Shown one piece after another: positions 56,858 to 64,000 of a stretch of DNA of 64,000 nt (position 1 is the first letter of the stretch; each line of letters starts with the position of its first letter). Origin of the DNA: an uncultured SAR86 cluster bacterium (lineage in GTDB: Bacteria; Pseudomonadota; Gammaproteobacteria; Magnimaribacterales; D2472); contig CACBPT010000002.1 of NCBI GenBank assembly GCA_902541245.1, positions 11,197 through 75,196 of the forward strand. The letters run 5' to 3'. Under the pieces are notes generated by a model. That model was given only the letters and a program-made list of their open reading frames with translations. It did no database searches and was not told where the DNA came from. A program made the position numbers and the translations under genes.

Positions 56858-58747
56858 CTAAACGCTTACAATTTTGCCTCTTTTTTCAAGCCATTCTTTA
56901 CGGGCTCCAGCATTCTTTTTTGATAACAATAGATCCATCATGCTATTTACATTATCAGATGAGGTTATAGTTAACTGAACTAATCTTCTAGTTTGAGGAT
57001 CCATAACTGTTTCTCGTAATTGAGATGGATTCATCTCTCCCAAACCTTTAAATCTTTGAATATCAATTTTTGGTTTGCCAGCTTTTGTTTTTAATTTTTT
57101 CACTATTGAGTCTTTCTCATCTTCGTCTAAAGCGTAAAACACTTCCTTTGCACAATCTATTCTAAATAAAGGTGGCATTGCCACAAAAATATGTCCAGCT
57201 TGAATTAATGGTTTGTAATGCCTTAAAAAAAGGGCGCACAGTAAGGTAGCAATGTGAAGGCCATCTGAATCTGCATCAGCTAAAATACATATTTTCCCAT
57301 AGCGAAGTGATTCAATGTCCGAGCTACCTGGATTAACTCCGATCGCCGTAGCAATATCTTTGATTTCAGCAGATTTGATAATCTCTGTGCTCTCAAGGTC
57401 CCAAGTATTTAAAATTTTACCTCTTAAGGGCATGATTGCTTGAAATTTTCTTTCTCTAGACTGCTTAGCGGAGCCACCTGCTGAATCTCCCTCTACAAAA
57501 AATAGTTCTGTTTCAGATAAATCAGTGCTGTTACAGTCTGATAGTTTGCCTGGAAGAGCTGGACCCTGAAAAGATTTCTTTCGGTCAACAACTTTCGTTT
57601 CTTTTGTTCTAGCTTGAGCTGAAGCAATAGCTAGCTCTGCTAATTTTTCACCCTCCTCTGTATGCTGATTGAACCAAATACTTAAGATATCTTTTGTTGT
57701 AGAGTAAACAAAAGTTTGATGATCCTTTGAATCTAATCTCTCTTTAGTTTGCCCAGCGAATTGTGGATTCGTTAATTTTGAGGAAACGACAAAAGTACTG
57801 TGCTGCACTACGTCATCAGCTGTTATCTTCAATCCTTTTGGAATTAAATTTCTAAATTCACAAAACTCTTTGACTGACTCAAGTAAGCCTGCTTTAAATC
57901 CATTCAAATGAGATCCTCCTTGTGCGGTTGGAATAAGGTTGACATAAGATTCATTCATTAGATTCTTTACAGGCTTAGTTGACCAATTCAAGACAAAGTC
58001 TAACGCGTTATCATCTCCTGATTTGCTACAAGAAATTGATTCTTCTAATAGTAGCTCAAGATCTTCAGAAGATTCTGATAAATAAGAAATGAGACCACTT
58101 TCATAATTCCATAGTATTTTTTCATTTTTTTTCTCATCAAAATATTCAACAGTTAGGCCGGAACAGAGCACTGCTTTTGCTTTAAGTAAATGCTTAAGAT
58201 TTGATTTATCAATTTTTGTTGTTTCAAAATATTGATCATCGGGAAGAAAATTTATAGCTGTTCCTGTATTCCTTGCTCCAATATCTCCAACTTTTTTAAG
58301 GTCAGAAATTTTTTCGCCACCATTGAAATTCATCTCAAATTTATGGCCATCCCTTTTAATTTCAACAGATAATTTTTTTGACAGAGCATTAACAACTGAA
58401 ACGCCAACGCCATGCAAGCCACCAGAAAAATTGTAATCCTCACCTGAAAATTTTGCACCAGCATGCAACTTGCACATAATAAGCTCAACGCCTGAAACCT
58501 TATGTTCAGGATGAATATCTACTGGCATTCCTCTTCCGTCATCAATCACTGAAATGTAACCATCCTTATGAATATTAACTTTAATCTTTGAGCAATGACC
58601 AACTAAAGCCTCGTCAATAGAATTATCAAGAACTTCCTGTATTAAATGGTTTGGCTTAGAGGTGTCTGTATACATGCCCGGTCTTTTTCTGACCGGATCT
58701 AAGCCTGATAGAACTTCTATCGACTCAGAATCATAGTTTTTAGCCAA
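56858..58747 (-). CDS. parE: DNA topoisomerase IV subunit B
   Basis: [29 protein letters not shown] and RFKGLGEM; TTG start. Confidence 0.97.
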   Translation of the reverse strand: MAKNYDSESIEVLSGLDPVRKRPGMYTDTSKPNHLIQEVLDNSIDEALVGHCSKIKVNIHKDGYISVIDDGRGMPVDIHPEHKVSGVELIMCKLHAGAKFSGEDYNFSGGLHGVGVSVVNALSKKLSVEIKRDGHKFEMNFNGGEKISDLKKVGDIGARNTGTAINFLPDDQYFETTKIDKSNLKHLLKAKAVLCSGLTVEYFDEKKNEKILWNYESGLISYLSESSEDLELLLEESISCSKSGDDNALDFVLNWSTKPVKNLMNESYVNLIPTAQGGSHLNGFKAGLLESVKEFCEFRNLIPKGLKITADDVVQHSTFVVSSKLTNPQFAGQTKERLDSKDHQTFVYSTTKDILSIWFNQHTEEGEKLAELAIASAQARTKETKVVDRKKSFQGPALPGKLSDCNSTDLSETELFFVEGDSAGGSAKQSRERKFQAIMPLRGKILNTWDLESTEIIKSAEIKDIATAIGVNPGSSDIESLRYGKICILADADSDGLHIATLLCALFLRHYKPLIQAGHIFVAMPPLFRIDCAKEVFYALDEDEKDSIVKKLKTKAGKPKIDIQRFKGLGEMNPSQLRETVMDPQTRRLVQLTITSSDNVNSMMDLLLSKKNAGARKEWLEKRGKIVSV

Positions 58748-58888
58748 TTTTGTTTCCTAATGCTTTTAAACTTTCAACTAATATTCTACTCTAAGTAAAT
58801 TAAAAGAATTGTATAAATTAATAGATTTTAGGAGATTTATTTACAATAGATTAAAATAATAACTACAGTATTTATATGTAAAGTTAAC

Positions 58889-58935
58889 TTGACATATACA
58901 CTGCATTTAAGTTCTAATGTGAGCGCTGTAAACAT
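58889..58935 (+). promoter_or_regulatory. tolC promoter with overlapping putative TetR operator
   Basis: TTGACA-18 bp-TCTAAT, then ATGTGAGC-GCT-GTAAACAT at 58917-58935 covering -10/+1. Confidence 0.62.
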
Positions 58936-58945
58936 TAAATAAACT

Positions 58946-60277
58946 ATGATTAAATATATATTGATTGCAATCCTTCTTTGTCAGAGTGAGAGCAGCTTAG
59001 CTGATAGTCTTTTAGATATATATAATGATGCCTTAGAAAATGACCCTCAATATAAATCTGCAGAATTTTCATATTTATCTGGCAAGGAAATTAAAGTTCA
59101 AGGTAGAGCTGGTTTACTTCCAAATATTTCAATTAGCGCTCAAACTAATTGGAACGAATACTACCAAAATGGAAACCTTCAAAATGAATATAATAATTTC
59201 AATACTTCTGCTCGTTTAACTCAACCATTAATCCGACTTGATACATGGTTTAAATATCGCCAATCCAAATTTCTTACAGATGCCGCAGAGGCCGATTTTG
59301 CATATTCACAGCAAGCACTAATAGTCAGAACAGCAGAACTTTATTTTAATGTTTTAAGAGCTATTGATAATTTGAGTGCTGCTAAGTCAGAAGAAAAAGC
59401 AATAAAAAAACAATTAGATCAAATAAGGCAGAGGTATGAAGTAGGACTCTCCGCAGTAACAGAAGTTCAAGAAGCTCAGTTAGCATTTGATCTTAGCCTT
59501 GCTGCAAGAATAAGAATTGAAGGAGAAGTTTATACAACAAAAGAGTCTTTAAACGCATTGGTTGGAAGAGAAATAATTTCTATTGATGGCCTTATTAATG
59601 ACTTAAATGTTTCTAATCCAATCCCTGCGTCAAAAGAAGAATGGGCAAGAAAGGCTGTAAAAAATAATTTTAGGCTACAAGCTGCAAATCTAAGAAAGTT
59701 TGCATCAAAAAATAATGCTAGAAGCGTAGCATCTAACCATTTACCAAAAGTTGACATCGTAGGAACTCAGTCAGAGTCAGAAACTAATCAATATTCTTTT
59801 GACGGGCTCAACACTGGGGGTGCTTTTAACATCACAGTCCCAGATGAAACTCAGCGTGATACCTATAGTCTGCAACTTTCAATGCCAATTTTTCAAGGTG
59901 GAGCTGTATTATCAAGAACTAAACAGGCATATGCAGAGTCAAATAAGTCATCTGAAGATGCCCTATTTACGGAAAGAAGTGTCATTCAAGATGTTAGAAG
60001 TCAGTACTCAAACGTTATTACATTGGTGGCAAATCTAAGAGCACAAAAACAAGCAGTAGTCTCAGCTTCAAGTGCCCTAGAGGCAACAAGGGTTGGATAT
60101 GAAGTTGGTACCAGAAATATTGTTGATTTGCTCCAAGCAGAAAAAAACTTATATAGTGCTGAACGAAATCTTTCAAATGCAAAATATGATTATTTAATTA
60201 CAACTCTTCGCTTGCATTTAGCTGCTGGGACTCTTGCTCCTGAAAATTTAGTTGAGATTAATAACTTACTTGGCTAG
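58946..60277 (+). CDS. tolC: Outer membrane channel TolC
   Basis: Signal peptide, ALENDP, two OEP repeats and GYEVGTRNIVDLL; divergent from parE. Confidence 0.92.
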   Translation: MIKYILIAILLCQSESSLADSLLDIYNDALENDPQYKSAEFSYLSGKEIKVQGRAGLLPNISISAQTNWNEYYQNGNLQNEYNNFNTSARLTQPLIRLDTWFKYRQSKFLTDAAEADFAYSQQALIVRTAELYFNVLRAIDNLSAAKSEEKAIKKQLDQIRQRYEVGLSAVTEVQEAQLAFDLSLAARIRIEGEVYTTKESLNALVGREIISIDGLINDLNVSNPIPASKEEWARKAVKNNFRLQAANLRKFASKNNARSVASNHLPKVDIVGTQSESETNQYSFDGLNTGGAFNITVPDETQRDTYSLQLSMPIFQGGAVLSRTKQAYAESNKSSEDALFTERSVIQDVRSQYSNVITLVANLRAQKQAVVSASSALEATRVGYEVGTRNIVDLLQAEKNLYSAERNLSNAKYDYLITTLRLHLAAGTLAPENLVEINNLLG

Positions 60278-60282
60278 CAGAT

Positions 60283-61095
60283 ATGCCTGAATTGCCGGAG
60301 GTTGAAACCTCAGTTCAAGCGATTCAAAAATTTAAAAAACAAAATATTGAATCCATAGAGATTTTTAATCCTAATTTAAGGTGGAGAGTAGACTCGCAAG
60401 ACTTTCAGAAGCTTCATGGTAAAAAAGTATTAAATATCACCAGAAGAGCTAAATACATAATGATAAATTTTGGTGAATTCGACATCTTGATTCATTTAGG
60501 TATGACTGGAACTCTTAGAATTACTGATAAATACTCAAATCTTTACAAGAAGCACGATCATGTTGAGCTAATCTTCGAAACTGAAAAAATAATTTTTAAT
60601 GATCCTAGAAGATTTGGTTCTTTTCATTTTATTTCAAATCTTGAAAATCATTTCTTATTAAATAGCCTTGGGCCTGAACCACTATCTAAACAATTTGATG
60701 GTGCATATCTATTTAATAAGATTAAGAAATCTAAATCGCCAATAAAGAATGCTTTAATGAATCAAAAAAATGTCGTTGGTATTGGTAATATTTATGCAAA
60801 CGAAATATTATTTGATGCAAAAATTCGACCGACACGAAAATGCAAAACTCTTACAAAAAAAGAAAACATGCAAATTGTAGAATCAACAAAAAAAATTTTG
60901 AAACTTGCCATAAAAGCTGGCGGAACAACTCTTCAAGATTTCTATCAGCCAGATGGCAATAAAGGGTACTTTAAAATTGATTTAATGGTCTATGATCGGG
61001 CTGGCAAATATTGCTTATTTTGTAAAAAGGAAATTATAGCAAGGATCATTCAAGCACAAAGAGCAACGTTTTTTTGTAAAAAGTGCCAAGGTTAA
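60283..61095 (+). CDS. mutM: Formamidopyrimidine-DNA glycosylase
   Basis: MPELPEVE, HLGMTG, GIGNIY and a C-terminal CxxC...CxxCQ zinc finger. Confidence 0.97.
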   Translation: MPELPEVETSVQAIQKFKKQNIESIEIFNPNLRWRVDSQDFQKLHGKKVLNITRRAKYIMINFGEFDILIHLGMTGTLRITDKYSNLYKKHDHVELIFETEKIIFNDPRRFGSFHFISNLENHFLLNSLGPEPLSKQFDGAYLFNKIKKSKSPIKNALMNQKNVVGIGNIYANEILFDAKIRPTRKCKTLTKKENMQIVESTKKILKLAIKAGGTTLQDFYQPDGNKGYFKIDLMVYDRAGKYCLFCKKEIIARIIQAQRATFFCKKCQG

Positions 61096-61574
61096 TTAGC
61101 AATCTTGTTATTCAAGGCAGTTTTGACATTTTCAGGAACAAATCTTGAAACATCGCCTCCAAAAGTAGCTATTTCTTTAACCAAACTAGATGAAACATAT
61201 ATCAAGGTATCCTTGGGAGTAAAAAATATGCTCTCAATATCTGGAGCCAAACTTCTATTCATTGTTGCTAATTGAAACTCATATTCAAAATCTGCAACAG
61301 CCCTTAGACCTCTGATAATTGCAATCGCATTATTGTCTCTTGCCAAATCAACAGTTAGCTGTTTTGAGTAGCCTATAACCTCAATTTTAAGATTGTCTTT
61401 AAAGATATCTGAAATAAGCTCTATTCTCTCGTCCACAGAAAACAATGGATTCTTTGATTGACTTTCGGCAACACCAAGTATGACTTTGTCAAAAAGGCTA
61501 GCAGCTCTCTCTACAATATCAATATGCCCAAATGTAATTGGATCAAATGAGCCTGGATAAATTGCTGTTTTCAT
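61092..61574 (-). CDS. coaD: Phosphopantetheine adenylyltransferase
   Basis: YPGSFDPITFGH, RGLR, DFEYE and SSSLVKE. Confidence 0.97.
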   Translation of the reverse strand: MKTAIYPGSFDPITFGHIDIVERAASLFDKVILGVAESQSKNPLFSVDERIELISDIFKDNLKIEVIGYSKQLTVDLARDNNAIAIIRGLRAVADFEYEFQLATMNRSLAPDIESIFFTPKDTLIYVSSSLVKEIATFGGDVSRFVPENVKTALNNKIAN

Positions 61575-61638
61575 TATCGAATGATACTAAACATTTTTAA
61601 TTCATCAAAATATACGATGATTATGTAAAATAATTCTT

Positions 61639-61815
61639 ATGAATAAAAAAAAGGTAACATCTATTCACAAGTCCAGATCAGAAAAAAAAGATATGCCAAG
61701 TGCAGTAGATGATGCTGCCGATGTAATGTCAAAATATGACAAAATAAATATCAAAAAAAGGGATGAAAAATATAACTTTAAAGAGATTAATTACGAAAAG
61801 CCTCCGCATCATTGA
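61639..61815 (+). CDS. Putative 58-aa basic, hydrophilic small protein (not in the ORF track)
   Basis: MNKKKVTSIHKSRSEKKDMPSAVDDAADVMSKYDKINIKKRDEKYNFKEINYEKPPHH. Fills an otherwise unusually large gap; TAAAAT 7 nt upstream of the ATG. Confidence 0.55.
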   Translation: MNKKKVTSIHKSRSEKKDMPSAVDDAADVMSKYDKINIKKRDEKYNFKEINYEKPPHH

Positions 61816-61871
61816 CTGAACAAAAAAAAATAGCCTTATTTGTGAATATTGAATTAATGCTTAGGTGAAAA

Positions 61872-62264
61872 TCAAGCCTCTTTATTTGGGTCCCATATAA
61901 CTAAATTCTTTCTTTTCAGTCTATTGGCGACTAGCTTGTATCTGGACTGTTCCTCGCGCCATTCTTTTATCCAATTCTCACCATCTCTTTCGGCATCTAC
62001 AAATATTGCATTGGTGAAGGCAATTGGAATGATAATTCCAACATGAACCAATATGCTTGTAAGAATGTCATACCCGAGGAATCCTAACCAAAAAATTGCG
62101 ATAAATCCAAAGGCTGCACTCCATATAGAAAATAGAACCAACATAAAATAGGTTTGAAGGCTTGGTTCAACATGCTTCAAAGGATTATATCTAACATCCA
62201 TAATAGATCTCCACGTATCTACTATGAACATTATTACTCTTCTAAATAAACTAGGTTTTTCCAA
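61872..62264 (-). CDS. Hypothetical membrane protein (2 TM)
   Basis: 130 aa, TTG start, WxxIMDxRYNPL motif followed by two hydrophobic helices. Confidence 0.7.
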   Translation of the reverse strand: MEKPSLFRRVIMFIVDTWRSIMDVRYNPLKHVEPSLQTYFMLVLFSIWSAAFGFIAIFWLGFLGYDILTSILVHVGIIIPIAFTNAIFVDAERDGENWIKEWREEQSRYKLVANRLKRKNLVIWDPNKEA

Positions 62265-62298
62265 TTTTGATTGTTCTTTAAATTAAACGATTAGCTTT

Positions 62299-64000
<1,702 letters not shown>

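Overview
Compact, AT-rich chromosomal segment of a marine Gammaproteobacterium of the SAR86 clade. The 16S rRNA contains the exact target of the SAR86-1245/1249 FISH probes. The window runs from a 5'-truncated secA to a 5'-truncated katG. It holds one tRNA-less rRNA operon (16S-23S-5S, minus strand) and mostly housekeeping genes: coaE/yacG, ilvIHC, ilvD, rluD-bamD, hemBCD, rho-trxA, aroQ-accBC-leuS-lptE-holA, rsfS-rlmH-mrdA-rodA-mltB-dacA-dat, mpl, pfp, argD, parEC, tolC, mutM and coaD. An accessory block at about 14-24.5 kb encodes a serine hydrolase, an amino-acid symporter, a GATase, a TauD-family dioxygenase, a cupin, and an RND pump with a TetR regulator. I saw no CRISPR array, IS element, prophage, tRNA or proteorhodopsin, and no wholly new multi-gene system is evident. 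The most notable observations are: (1) a 19-bp operator present twice at the TetR/RND divergon and again at the tolC promoter 36 kb away, suggesting a split efflux regulon; (2) recurrent -10 boxes 6-7 nt before start codons, suggesting leaderless mRNAs; (3) a LysM domain inserted inside MltB; (4) cysteine-less metal-site variants of SecA, HemB and LeuS; (5) an uncharacterised enzyme inserted between leuS and lptE; (6) a stand-alone DsbD-alpha domain; (7) two small ORFs missed by the ORF track; (8) compensatory rRNA changes. All calls come from motif recognition by eye; no searches were run.
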